In this document: piece by piece, positions 51,911 through 64,000 of the stretch
How positions within the stretch are numbered: the first letter of the stretch is position 1
Layout of the letters: each line of letters begins with the position of its first letter
NCBI GenBank assembly: GCA_040954595.2
Contig: CM082577.2
Span: 14,825,903 to 14,889,902 of the forward strand
Source: Balanoglossus misakiensis
Taxonomy: Eukaryota; Animalia; Hemichordata
DNA length: 64,000 nt
Reading direction: 5' to 3'
Position numbers and translations under genes: made by a program
The notes under the pieces: model-generated
What the model saw: the letters and a program-made list of their open reading frames with translations, nothing else
What the model was told of the DNA's origin: nothing
Database searches by the model: none

Positions 51911-54900
51911 ATGAAAGAATCCTATTCTGTTCTTGATGTTAAATCTTTCTTTTCAGAGGGGAAGTATCCTATCACTGCTTCTACCATTGGGGAGAAGAAG
52001 TCTTTCCGTCAGTACACCTAGTCTTTTATCTGGCAAGGTAATGTATACAGTATAGATTCAGATCTGTAGTTGTACTATAGAAATTACTTTTTACTAGTAC
52101 AGATTGTAATGTAGATTTACAGGAATTTAAAGTCTCAATTTGTTTCTGCATTTCAGATAACCATTTATGGTATGTTGGACCAAAAGGGGACCAAAGGCGT
52201 CGTGTGCTGTTCACAGATGAAGAAAAGAGGCAGGTGTTTAAAGAGTGCCACGATTTGCCACTTGGAGCCCATTGCGGACAGAAGAAAACCATTAAGAAAA
52301 TCAGTGCAAGATTTTACTGGAGGAGCATGACCATAGATATAAGTACATGGGTGAGCAAGAGTAGTGTCATTTATAATATACCTCATGCTGATACTGTGCC
52401 GTGATTCGCCAGAATCCGTCACGTGATAGGAAAATAGAATCGACTATGAACCGCTAGGGAAATAGCAGAAAAAATATAAACCGGTCACGTGACCAGCGTG
52501 AGTGCGCAGACTCGGTCACGTCAATCAGCGTCGCGTCGTCTGACACAATGGCCACCGCGGAAGATGTCGTCTGCCAACCTCAAGAGAAAATTGCAAGATT
52601 TTCCCAGCTGTTAGCATGAGGTTTATTATAAAACACCTATAGCCTGGCCTATATTCGGGCCATAGCAGCCGTTTTTACCCCCTCGTGACTGTGAGTTACC
52701 AGAATCATATGCTATTTCCCTCGGCCTGCGGCCTCGGGAAATAGCATATGATTCTGGTAACTCACAGCCCCTCGGGTGTAATAAACGGCCGCTATGGCCC
52801 TCATGGCCAGGCAATAGGTGTTCAATATTACTAATGACTTTTCATTTTCAAAAAACGAACTGTATACATTACTTTTGGTGTGGAGTAGGATTATTTTTTT
52901 GCACAACACTGTTTCCTGGTAAAGTGTTTCTTAGAATAATGAGCATCTTGTGTTTGTTTGTTTTACGCAAAAAACCTGTATCAGTTGTGATACTTGGTGA
53001 AGAATTGGTATCTAATGGGCCATTGTTCAGATGAGGATGATTGTGTTAGGATAGCAGCTATTTTTTGCATTATTTTCATGATTTTATTTTCCAAGTTAGA
53101 TTGGTACACCGAAATTAAAGCTTACTGATTGGCATACAACAACATCTTATCGATGCCTGATTGTGGCTGTATGTTGCAATTTGAACTCGATATGTATTTA
53201 ACAAGTGACGCACCGATTTAATCAGCCTCAATACAAACAGTACGCAGCTATCGTGGTATGCGTCACCAAAAGATGACAAACTGATGCAAATACATGTAAT
53301 ATGGCTTAATGGTGAGGATTTTAAAGGACAGGGAATAGATTTGAAGTATTTTACTGTGGAAAAAATATGTGAAATGGGGCAGCTCAAGAGGCTTTAAGGT
53401 ATTGCTGTTGTTAAGCATTTCAATTTGATCAGCTATCATTTGCTTTCTTACAGATTGATCACTGTGACAAATGCCAAAGATTTATCAAGGTTAAGACGGT
53501 TGCTCCTGAACTGAAACCTATCAAAGTCAAGGAGCCCTGGTACATGTTGGGACTGGACTTATTTGTGCCGTTACCAACAACAAAGAATGGGAACAAGTAC
53601 GTCCTGACACTTACAGATTATTTTACCAAGTGGCCAGAAGTGTTTGCCATACCGCAGAAGACAGCAGAGAATGTTGCAAAGGGAATATGTGAAACATTCT
53701 ATTGGTAAGAATTAGCACTGTAAAATGCATTCTAGTAATTTGTTCTTGATTCAAGTCATGAATGTGTGCAGGGTTTAAATTGCCAAGTAAATGACTCTTG
53801 AATATTAAAATGAAATTTGTAATGTAACTATTTGTTTTAAATGTTGATAAATATAAAGAGGTTGCATAACTGATTAAAATTCTAGTGAGTGTGTCCAGTA
53901 GCAGTATTTGACCACTTTAATTGGCTAATGACTTCATTTTCCCTTTTACAGATATGGGATCCCATTACATATTCTCTCAGATCAGGGAAGAGAGTTCATA
54001 AATCAGGTATGCGTTAAGTAAGAGATAATTGTGTTTTTATATGAGAAGAAGTAATGGAAGGTTTGTTGGGATGTTGTTTGCTGTAAATTGATGACGGTTT
54101 TTAAATTACATTATTTTGAAATGATTATTATGTATAATTTAGGTCTTTAAATGGATATTTCAGTGTAAACTATTTTATATCATTAGATAGTTAAATGTTT
54201 AATGATTTTATGTCAGTTTTAATAGTTGTTATGTCTCATCGTCACAGTAATTTTGTTTTCTCATTTTTCTGCAGATCAATGAATACATCTGCAAAGCCAT
54301 GGATATAAAGCACAGGATTACTGCTGCATATCACCCACAGACCAATGGCTTGGCAGAGAGGACCAACGCCAAAGTCAAGACAGCGATCAGCAAGTTGACC
54401 AATGAACACCAAGATGACTGGGATGAGTATCTTGGTCCAGTCATGTATGGCATTAGGACGTCACATCACTCAACAACCAGGCACACACCATTTAGGTTGA
54501 TGTTCAACAGAGAGGCCGTTTGCCCACAGAGGTAAGTGAATTAATTATAAATATTAGTAACAGTACATATAATATAACATGGTCAAAATGCTATCATGGC
54601 ATATGATAGTACTATTGACTATTGGTTTGGCATTATCATTTTTAGTGAAAACCTGTACAAATATATTGATTAATTCACTTGGCTGTCATAGAAAACATTT
54701 TAGAGATAGAGAACTATCATGTCATGTGGGACTTTGGTGTTTTGACATACACAATTAGAACACAGTTAATGTGATTCAAAAGTAATTTTGTGGGTTTTTT
54801 CATGGAAAACCAGACAGGAAATCTTTCAGAGCTTTTTATAATATGTATCAAAAATGACTCAAACAAAAGCGTACAACATTGACAGTTGTGGTATTTTTTT

Positions 54901-55010
54901 TGCAGATTGAATATCGGTCTGTTGATGATGTAATTGATGCTTGTGATGATGAAGACCGAGATGAGTACGCAAAACTTGTTGCAGACAAGATGATCAATTT
55001 GACCGATGAT
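51911..55010 (+). pseudogene. Intron-containing Gypsy-like integrase (Ginger/GIN-type DNA transposon transposase)
   Basis: Exons 51911-52037, 52157-52350, 53454-53704, 53952-54006, 54275-54531 and 54906-~55010. GKYP, CH..AHCG..C..C (H2C2), GLDL, DYFTKW, SDQGREF, YHPQTNGLAER. TAG at 52019 and TGA across the exon 3/4 junction. No RT nearby. Confidence 0.88.
52371..52828. mobile_element. Non-autonomous palindromic element, copy 2
   Basis: Homologous end-to-end to 41483-41903; lies in the integrase intron. Confidence 0.7.
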
Positions 55011-55261
55011 CGATATGCATGTACATGATACATCCTATAATACCCACATATTAAATATTTAAAAGTGTCAAATTAAGGAATCAACCTAGCCTAGATCTGT
55101 TTGCCCCCCCCCCCCCCAAAAAAAAACATCTTAGATTTGGAATGTATTGTTAAAGTTTTAAACCTTTTTTTCTGTATTTATTGTCCCTTGTTACGTAAGA
55201 GAAGTTTGCTGTTGTTTTTTGACCAGGTGTGTTTTCGCTTACTTTCGTAATTTGAATTTTG

Positions 55262-55601
55262 CGTGACCAGGTGTGGTGCATTCATTTTTTTCCCTATATA
55301 AAAAGCCCGCACGTTGTGTTGCGGCGTAGCTACTAATTTGACTTGCCCGTGCGAGCTGTTCTGTTCCTTGCCGGCTTGGAAGCTGTGCTTTATTTCATGC
55401 TGCCCTGGTCTGGAAACCGCGTCCAGAAGTTGTGCTACCTCATGGGGGAATTCGTCTGAAAGCTGTGCCGTCTACCGGGGAATTGTGCCAGAACGCTACT
55501 CGGACTGAACGTCGCTGTTGGGACTGCCGTGGTGCTGGTCGCGTTCGTCGTGCGCTACAGGACCGTGGACTTTATTCTTTCATTTCCCACACCTGGTCAC
55601 A
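55262..55601 (+). mobile_element. Possible solo LTR or small TIR element
   Basis: 14-bp inverted repeat gtgaccaggtgtgg / ccacacctggtcac, ends in CA, TATA-like cctatataaaa at ~55293. No clean TSD. Confidence 0.4.
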
Positions 55602-55654
55602 TTTAAGGTAGTTATTTATTTTTGTGTGTTTTCTTCCCAATGTACAATCTTTTT

Positions 55655-58600
55655 ATTTATGTGACCCTGTCCTGAGTGCTGATTTTTTCAGGATGTATAG
55701 ACATTTGCATTAATTTTTTTAAAAATGAAGACAAGAAGTTATAAAACTGTAATTATGAAAAATAATGTCATAGGCTTACACTGTCATAGGTCAAAATTTA
55801 AAACAGTTAGAAAACATGTTGTTTGAAGCTTGTAATTTTCAGAGACAGTTTACCACATGATGGGATATTTTTAAAGTTTTTACTTGTTCAGTACTGCCAT
55901 AAGCTATCCATACAAACTAGGTAATTCATAAATTTCACCTTGTGTTTACAACAACACTAGGGCATTCATGGCCTTGATCAGCACTAATTTTGACTGTATG
56001 ATGTTATGTTATAATATTGAATTCCAGGTCTATTCAGGTCCATTCAGCCTGATTGTAAATTCTCTCTCAAGGCATGATACAAAACTCTCCTTTGAACACA
56101 ATGAACACATGCAGTTACACACACGCACGCACACACACAGCCATCCAACCACACCCAGATACTCACCTTTATGACCTTCATTAGTCCCACCGTGTTCATG
56201 TTATTTTTTCAATTGTTTTCTTCCATGATGAAATTGACTGTATCCAACAACTGTGCCTATCATGTCATGAGTTTTTCATTTTTACATGAAGCATGAAGGA
56301 ACAGCTACTGGACTAAGTCCTTTATTTGTTTAATTTGTTATATCTTTCTTTTCTTTTTTGAAATTACATACACTAAAAAAAACTACAATAAAACAATTTA
56401 AACAAAATGTCTGCTTCTTTTCTTCTATTCTTCTGCCATCTTTCTTAAGCTTCTTATTCCATGACTAATCTATGGAAAAAACATAAATACAAATATATTT
56501 AATACAAACATGAGTCTATGTATGTATGCACGTACGTACACACTCAAATCTTTTAGAGTATTTAAAATATCACCTACCTGGTAGCACAACAAATGCTGTA
56601 TGTTGAATACCGTGGAGGGTGACGTAATACAGGACATGGATGAGGGTAATGTGATCGAAACAGAAAATAACCCATTTCATCTCTTAGATGTCCCCCTGAA
56701 GATGTTGAATGAACTCCAGGACTGCACCCAAATGATTTAAATCCACGACCACGATTCCTACGGCATCCATGATCTGCACATAATGAAAGGAATAAAAAAT
56801 ACTATTAAGAAAAAGTCAAAGGTCATTGAAAATGGATAAATTCCCGACACCAGAAAATATCAATGTAAACATTCTGCCATAGTATTCATAAGCTATCTAT
56901 ACAAACTAGGAAATTCATAAATTTTATACAGTAACAGTAGGGCATTCAGGTTGATTTTTGGCTTAATGTAAGCACCTATTAAATCACTAAAAAAGCTGCA
57001 TGATGACATGTAGACCCTGACTGTGATGTAATTTTCTTGTTTGCAGTTTTGAACCCTAATGTCTCAATGGTGGATTCTGTCTGCAGAGCCCAGGATCATC
57101 CACAGTGCTACTTTGGTACACTGTGTGAGACCCGTACGTATAGAAATGTATACTTTCACAAATAATTGTGTTTGTCCACAGTACATGCACACGTATTAAA
57201 CAGCTTGACCTCTATCAGAAGTCAGGATTTAAAAATGGCTCTCGTACATCAAAGTACATGCAGGTTGTTCCATTCAGAATCTGAAAAGCACAGTATGTAT
57301 TTTTTGTGTTTGCTCTACGTAAGAAAATTTTATAAAAAACAGAGCTCAAAGCTGCATTTTAATGAACCCGGCAAAAGACATTAGGGTTCAAAACTGCTAA
57401 CAAGAAAATTACATCACAGTCAGGGTCTACATGTCATCATGCAGCTTTTTTAGTGATTTAATAGGTGCTTACATTAAGCCAAAAATCAACCTGAATGCCC
57501 TACTGTTCTGTATAAAATTTATGAATTTCCTAGTTTGTATGAATAGCTTATGAATACTATGGCAGAATGTTTACATTGATATTTTCTGGTGTCGGGAATT
57601 TATCCATTTTTAATGACCTTTGACTTTTTCTTAATAGTATTTTGTATTCCTTTCATTATGTGCAGATCATGGATGCCGTAGGAATCGTGGTCGTGGATTT
57701 AAATCATTTGGGTGCAGTCCTGGAGTTCATTCAACATCTTCAGGGGGACATCTAAGAGATGAAATGGGTTATTTTCTGTTTCGATCACATTACCCTCATC
57801 CATGTCCTGTATTACGTCACCCTCCACGGTATTCAACATACAGCATTTGTTGTGCTACCAGGTAGGTGATATTTTAAATACTCTAAAAGATTTGAGTGTG
57901 TACGTACGTGCATACATACATAGACTCATGTTTGTATTAAATATATTTGTATTTATGTTTTTTCCATAGATTAGTCATGGAATAAGAAGCTTAAGAAAGA
58001 TGGCAGAAGAATAGAAGAAAAGAAGCAGACATTTTGTTTAAATTGTTTTATTGTAGTTTTTTTTAGTGTATGTAATTTCAAAAAAGAAAAGAAAGATATA
58101 ACAAATTAAACAAATAAAGGACTTAGTCCAGTAGCTGTTCCTTCATGCTTCATGTAAAAATGAAAAACTCATGACATGATAGGCACAGTTGTTGGATACA
58201 GTCAATTTCATCATGGAAGAAAACAATTGAAAAAATAACATGAACACGGTGGGACTAATGAAGGTCATAAAGGCGAGTATCTGGGTGTGGTTGGATGGCT
58301 GTGTGTGTGCGTGCGTGTGTGTAACTGCATGTGTTCATTGTGTTCAAAGGAGAGTTTTGTATCATGCCTTGAGAGAGAATTTACAATCAGGCTGAATAGA
58401 CCTGAATAGACCTGGAATTCAATATTATAACATAACATCATACAGTCAAAATTAGTGCTGATCAAGGCCATGAATGCCCTAGTGTTGTTGTAAACACAAG
58501 GTGAAATTTATGAATTACCTAGTTTGTATGGATAGCTTATGGCAGTACTGAACAAGTAAAAACTTTAAAAATATCCTATCATGTGGTAAACTGTCTCTGA

Positions 58601-58783
58601 AAATTACAAGCTTCAAACAACATGTTTTCTAACTGTTTTAAATTTTGACCTATGACAGTGTAAGCCTATGACATTATTTTTCATAATTACAGTTTTATAA
58701 CTTCTTGTCTTCATTTTTTAAAAATTAATGCAAATGTCTATACATCCTGAAAAAATCAGCACTCAGGACAGGGTCACATAAAT
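55655..58783. repeat. Large inverted repeat: ~1.41-kb arms (55655-57064, 57376-58783) with ~310-bp spacer
   Basis: Arms are reverse complements with only scattered differences; mirrored ORFs 55968+ and 58471- differ by one residue. Confidence 0.95.
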
Positions 58784-59204
58784 TATAATTTTCCTATACT
58801 TCAACATGCATAATAACAAAGGAATCACTTTATTTTTGGCACACCTATTAATTCATGACTGGCCCCTATTTTAATAATGGTATCGCCATGACCGGCCAAC
58901 CTTTGACCTCGGAGACCACAATGTGGAGCTTTTGATCAGCTTTTCGCGTTTCAATCAAACATTGAAATCATGGGATAAAATCACTGACTAGTTTATACCT
59001 TTTTCGGTGTTTCATCTAACCTTTGAAAGGAGTATAAAAAAAATGAAATGACGGCACGTAATGTGCATTTCTTGTTCACGTGAGGGGACTATATTTGTGC
59101 GTAATGATCCAAATGCAAGGGGTTGTGTGAACAGGACTTAAATAATAAGTTGGCCTTAAATAATAAGTTGACAAACGGCGCAATGCATTTTTTCATGGTT
59201 TAGA

Positions 59205-59448
59205 AATCACTTATTTATATATAATTCATTATATATAAATAATTATGTAAATCACTCATGATATATATATAATAGACTTGCACTTAAATAATGAATTAAA
59301 TATAAATAATTATAGAAATCACTCATGACATATATATAATACACTTACATTTTTATTATTTATAAATAATTAATTATATATAAATAATTATGTAAATCAC
59401 TCATGATATATATATAATACACTTACATTTTTATTATTTATAAATAAA
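59205..59448. repeat. AT-rich minisatellite, ~3 units of ~70-77 bp
   Basis: Repeated tataaataattatgtaaatcactcatgatatatatataatacacttacat. Confidence 0.75.
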
Positions 59449-60742
59449 TTGTCAGGACTTAAATGGTTTGCAAATCTATAATTACATACATATAAGTATG
59501 TTAAATAACGACTTTTGAACAAATAATACAGCTAAATAATAAGTTAACACATGGCATCCCATAAATGCAGGCAGGGCTGTAGATGGGAATTGTTCAAATG
59601 AAGTTGTCATTGCCAAAAATATGCAAATTAGCTGGGAAAATGTGAAATTGGTCAAAACTCAAAAACTCGACAACCACTGGTCAGATTGGTTTGAAAATTG
59701 GTATGCATGTACCTTATGTCAACCTCATACAGTCCTGTGTGTTTTGAGCTAATATTATCGATTTCCTATTTTTAATGCATTTTTGTATTTTTTCCATGTT
59801 ATTGGTAAAAAGTCTTCATTTCTGAAAGTGATAGGCTTACTTCTTTGAAATTTAGTATGAAGCTTCCTTATAGTTGTCTGAGTAACCATAGTTTTGTTCA
59901 AATTGTTGCAAAATTTGCATATTTATAATTTTGAGCAAATTTTGGTCAAACATTTTTTTCTTTAAAACCGCATGCCAGATTGCTTTGCAATTTGGTAGGC
60001 ATGTTCGTAGGGTTAACCTTAGTAATATGTTGTAAAAAATGTGATATTTGCATAAATGTGTTATTGGGGAAACTTTTGCAATTTTGTCAAAAATTGTTTT
60101 CTCTGAAACTGCTTGTCACATTGCATTGGACTTTGGCAGGCATGTTCCTTGTAGTGCTTCAAGTAAGATATAGTACAATTTTGGTAATATTTGCATATTT
60201 GTGTTTATGCCACTTTTGAACAAATATTTTCTGTGAAACTGCTTGTTGGATTGCTTTGAAATTAGTTTTTTCTCCGATTGCTTTAGGATACAATTTCATA
60301 ACACACATGTATATGTGCAACTTTTATTCAATTCTGATATCAGATATATTCAATATTTAGCGAGATTTTTTTGTAAGTTTCTTTGTTTTTGGTTAGCAAA
60401 TCTTCTCCTAAACCAATTGTCCAGTTGTTTTGAAAGTTACTGTTGACAAGGAGTTGTTACCCCCAACTTAGACATGGTTACATAACTTTAATAGGCCAAC
60501 TGTTACAGAGACCACCGGCTATTAAATTTTTAATTACCGGGCCATGCAAGGTCACATCTCTACGTTGAAAAACATTGTTTAATAAAGTGATAATTGAAAC
60601 ATTCAAATGAATCTTTTCGTATATTAAAACGGTGACGTTGATTGGGTAGTTGGGTAAAACTTTGGTCACGTGATATGAAATTCCCGGATGTTTGACGCAA
60701 TGTTTTGATTCAGGGGGAAAGTCTGTCACGGTGCATTTAAAA

Positions 60743-60960
60743 ATGGCGGCAACAGATGCTGATGCCCGTCAGCTGCAACATTTACCCCCGGAAATTTTCA
60801 ATGATGACAATAGTGAAGAATTTTTGGGTTTTTCTGATGTCGACGATGACTCCGATAGTGATTTTGATGCCCAGGAAGTACAAGGCTGGCAGCCAGTGAA
60901 CGCGGACCATCAGCGTCGACAACCGCCGTTTACTGGCAACTCAGGCTTTCAAGTAGCTGC
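60743..60960 (+). pseudogene. Acidic N-terminal fragment resembling a piggyBac-type transposase start
   Basis: EEFLGFSD..DSD..W....PPFTGNSG; no catalytic domain follows. Confidence 0.35.
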
Positions 60961-61940
60961 AATGATTGTAGCGGGTGCTGCTAGGTGCATAACCGCTACA
61001 AGCCCTTGTGTGTAATTTTCCAATCAACTTTCAGTCGTCAGCTCAGTTATGGGGTTTAACTCTTACCTCCGATAGCATTTGAAAACCGTACGGATGCAAC
61101 CCCCCCCCCCCAAAAAAAAAAAAAAACACCTCCGACGGCCAAATTTCCCCCCAAAGTGTCCTGCTTCCATTACAAAAACGATAGATCCACTGAAGTTTTG
61201 CCGATGTGTTCCGCCATGTGTGAGCAAACGTGGCGGACAAAGTTTGTAAACATGTTGGGAACCTCAGTACTTGGCACTTAAGCAGGTTTTAGTAAATAGA
61301 TATAGTGGTAATTGTTGCACAATACAAAAATATTGACACAATCACCAACAGTCTTAAATTTTCCAACAGATCTTCCTGCTGTAACCGAAAAACTTAGACT
61401 TCCTAAACAGCAAGGGAAGTGAGGACAGACACAACATCGTTGTCCCACATGAAGAAAATCCAAGACAGACTACTAGCAGCACGCCACCAGAGAAAGATGA
61501 AAGATCTCCACCAAAGGTACAGTTTCAGAAAATACATGTGTATATTTTTGGCACATTTAGAAACTCAATCTTAGATAAATAACATCATTTTTACCCTAAA
61601 ACTTTAAAACTAATACATGTACACCCAAATCTATGTGACAAACAATTAACCAAGTCATCATAGCCAATTAAAAATGTCGTTTTGTTGTTCAGGTGAAGCT
61701 TGGAGGAAACATTCTGATTGATGTGGCCGCATTAAGAAAATGCAATGGTACAAACTTTAAGACCTACACAAGGGATTTAATGTCAGCCTTGTTCAGCCGG
61801 GCTATGATGTCAATATCATCACTGACTGGGAAACAGTCAAATGCTCACATGGGGAAAGTCACCAAGCCAAAGCTCCAGGCAATAATCAGTAGGTCAAAAT
61901 TTGCTACCTTACCTTTATTGTGAGAGATAGTTTTGATTAA

Positions 61941-63020
61941 AGGGACAAAGTCTCTCTCTCGCTGCCCTTTTGCCATTAATTATGTTTGATACAAGACTCT
62001 GTTTATGTTATTCTACATGTGGGTATATAGTGAATCAACGGTCGACCACACACAACTTCCATCCCACTTGTACACACAAGAGTAAAAATCTCGCCAAAAT
62101 GAACAATCGTTCTCTACCATTTAATGATTTATTCATTTTGGGCGAGTTTTGAATTGGCAAGATCCGCCCATTATTAGACAAACATACAACGGAAAAGATG
62201 GTCCATGCATTCATTACGTCTCAGCTTGATTATTGTAATAGTCTCCTGTATGGTATTAATAAGGCTCAGCTGGATCGCCTACAATCACTTCAAAATGCTG
62301 CGGCTCGTCTCGTCTCCCGGACTCGGAAGTTCGATCACATCACACCTGTTCTCATTGATCTGCACTGGCTGCCGGTTGATGCTCGCATCAAATTAAAAAT
62401 TGTGTTAACTACCTATAAAATCATTCATCGCTTTGCACCACTTTATTTAATCGATTTGCTTGAAATTTACACCCCTGTCAGAGATCTCAGATCAGCTGAC
62501 TCTTTGCGGTTGGTGCCACCTCGTGGAAACTTTAATAAGGCATATGGGCAGAGAGCATTCTCTGTTTGTGCACCTGCTCTGTGGAATTCGCTGCCACCTG
62601 TGATTCGCAACGCCAGATCTGTTGACTGTTTTAAACGCCGTTTAAAAACTCATCTTTTCAATCATATTTGTGATCGAATTTTTTTAGGATCATCTTCTGT
62701 ATGTTTTTTTTTTTTTTTTTTTTTAGACGGACTTTTAATTGGGAATTTTAACTGAGACTTTTTAATTTTTCTGCTGCTTTTATGATTCTTTTATCACCGT
62801 CTTTTGTAACTCGCACTGAGACGTATGTGTAGTGCGTGTAAGAAATAAATATTATTATTATTATTAGTTTTTACTCTCACATCATACAAGCGGGATGGAA
62901 GGCGTGTGTGGTACGTTGAACGTTGATTCACTATATATCCACATGTAGAATAACACAAATGGTATCTTGTATCAAACATAATTAATGGCAAAAGGGCAGC
63001 GAGAGAGAGACTTAGTCCCT
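61941..63020. mobile_element. Kolobok-type long-TIR MITE containing a LINE fragment
   Basis: TTAA|AGGGACAAAGTC ... GACTTAGTCCCT|TTAA; ~140-bp imperfect TIRs. Confidence 0.88.
62152..62867 (+). mobile_element. 3' fragment of an L2/CR1-group LINE with AATAAA and (TAT)n tail
   Basis: LDYCNSLLYG, LQNAAARLV, HITPVL..LHWLP, GQRAFSVCAPALWNSLP, FKRRLKTHLF. Confidence 0.9.
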
Positions 63021-63724
63021 TTAATGAATTATCTTCAAGATATATTAATGGGGCCTTTAAGAATACCAGTAATTCACATCATTATAAATTTATGTGGACC
63101 TGCATGAAATTAAATCAAAGAGTGCACAGAACTTTAAATATCCCATGATTCATTCTGATTTGTAAACATGGAGGTTGACCACTGGTCCAAAGCAGTGCCA
63201 ATTTATCCTTTATCGTTCATCAAGTGCTCCGGGTGTATAATAATAAGGTTATTCACAGAAAGTTTTTAGAAAGCCAACCTCAAAGATACAAATCAGAGAG
63301 AATGTGTGTGTAAACTAATGTATTGTGGAGTGCTATAGATTGTCCGAAATATTGCACCTTTGGAGTGTTTTATGACCATAAATGTTTACATTGAAGCTGA
63401 TCATCATCATCATCATCATCATCGTCATCAAAATTTTTACAAAAAATGTCTTTTTTTTAAGGTCATGTAACTACGCTTTTTACAGCAGAAGAAAAGGAAG
63501 TGAGAAGAGTTATTCAAACCAAATTAAATGATGAAGAGAAGCTCATGAAAAAAACAAAGTTTTAAAAGTAGCTTTAGCTTTCACTTGACGTAGTTTGTTA
63601 ATGTTGTTTACAATATACTGTTTATGCTTGTTCATACAATTAAGTTTTTATGGTAATAAAATAATAAATTCAAACAATGAAAACTTCTCTCTGTTAATTT
63701 TAGTAACTAACTTTCAAGTTTTGC

Positions 63725-64000
63725 TGTACCTATGATATCAGAATCATACAGATTTCTTAAAGAATCCAATTAAAATTCCTTGAGGAAAACCATGACATTC
63801 TTAAAAGATTCTTTTAAGAATCCTATTGAAATCCTTTAGGAACCCTATTGAAAACCTAAAGGATTCTTTTAGGGTTCCTATAGGAATCCTTAAGGGACCC
63901 TTGGAGGATTCTTTTAGGACTCCTATAGGAATCATATAGGAATTCTTAAAGGATTTCTTTAAGAAAGGTGCCAAAATCTTATAAGACTATCATATTGGAA
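63725..64000. repeat. Array of short direct/inverted ggattc/gaatcc motifs, likely subterminal repeats of a DNA transposon end outside the window
   Basis: ~11-nt motifs (aaggattcttt, ggaatcctta) repeated to the window edge. Confidence 0.55.

Larger units (their letters stand above)
61693..63565 (+). pseudogene. BEN-domain protein, last two exons (upstream exon degenerate)
   Basis: Exon 61693-61888 ..KTYTRDLMSALFSR.MM..SSLTGK and exon 63462-63565 HVTTLF...EVRRVIQTKLNDE splice in frame. The upstream exon 61369-61516 has stops. Confidence 0.65.

Noticed and set aside
55968-58471. Duplicated 68-aa gene pair
   Set aside because: They are mirror ORFs produced by the inverted repeat and include a (CA)n tract; there is no coding signature.
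63048-63060. atggggcctttaa as the displaced tip of the outer Kolobok right TIR
   Set aside because: Short match with one mismatch, 22 kb away inside an unrelated intron, with no element boundaries linking it to 41016.

Overview
AT-rich eukaryotic DNA with spliceosomal introns, probably from a marine invertebrate (inference from the TE repertoire). It is made almost entirely of nested and decayed transposable elements, and no conventional host gene is recognisable. The core is a Russian-doll stack. A two-gene Kolobok (THAP-DDE transposase plus an intact P2X7-ballast/KolX gene, ~10538-41016) contains a second Kolobok (15828-38727, TTAA TSD). That element's transposase is split by an ISL2EU-like remnant (~17428-36894), which in turn holds (i) an apparently intact AcademH transposon (17795-26239: 6-exon 1264-aa transposase, 2-exon 559-aa RecQ-like helicase, 9-bp TSD) and (ii) a ~9.8-kb pile of self-nested Helentron-type non-autonomous elements that splits a THAP domain. 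The most unusual observations concern AcademH. The element has three ends: an internal near-perfect TIR separates the transposase and helicase modules. Its termini are self-complementary hairpins, and a related 60-bp hairpin stands alone with its own 9-bp TSD at 42423-42482. The flanks carry hAT, pogo, Ginger, LINE, PIF1-helicase, paired/SAM and BEN-domain remnants, several TTAA MITEs and a 1.4-kb-arm inverted repeat. All family assignments come from motifs read by eye; no database search was run.
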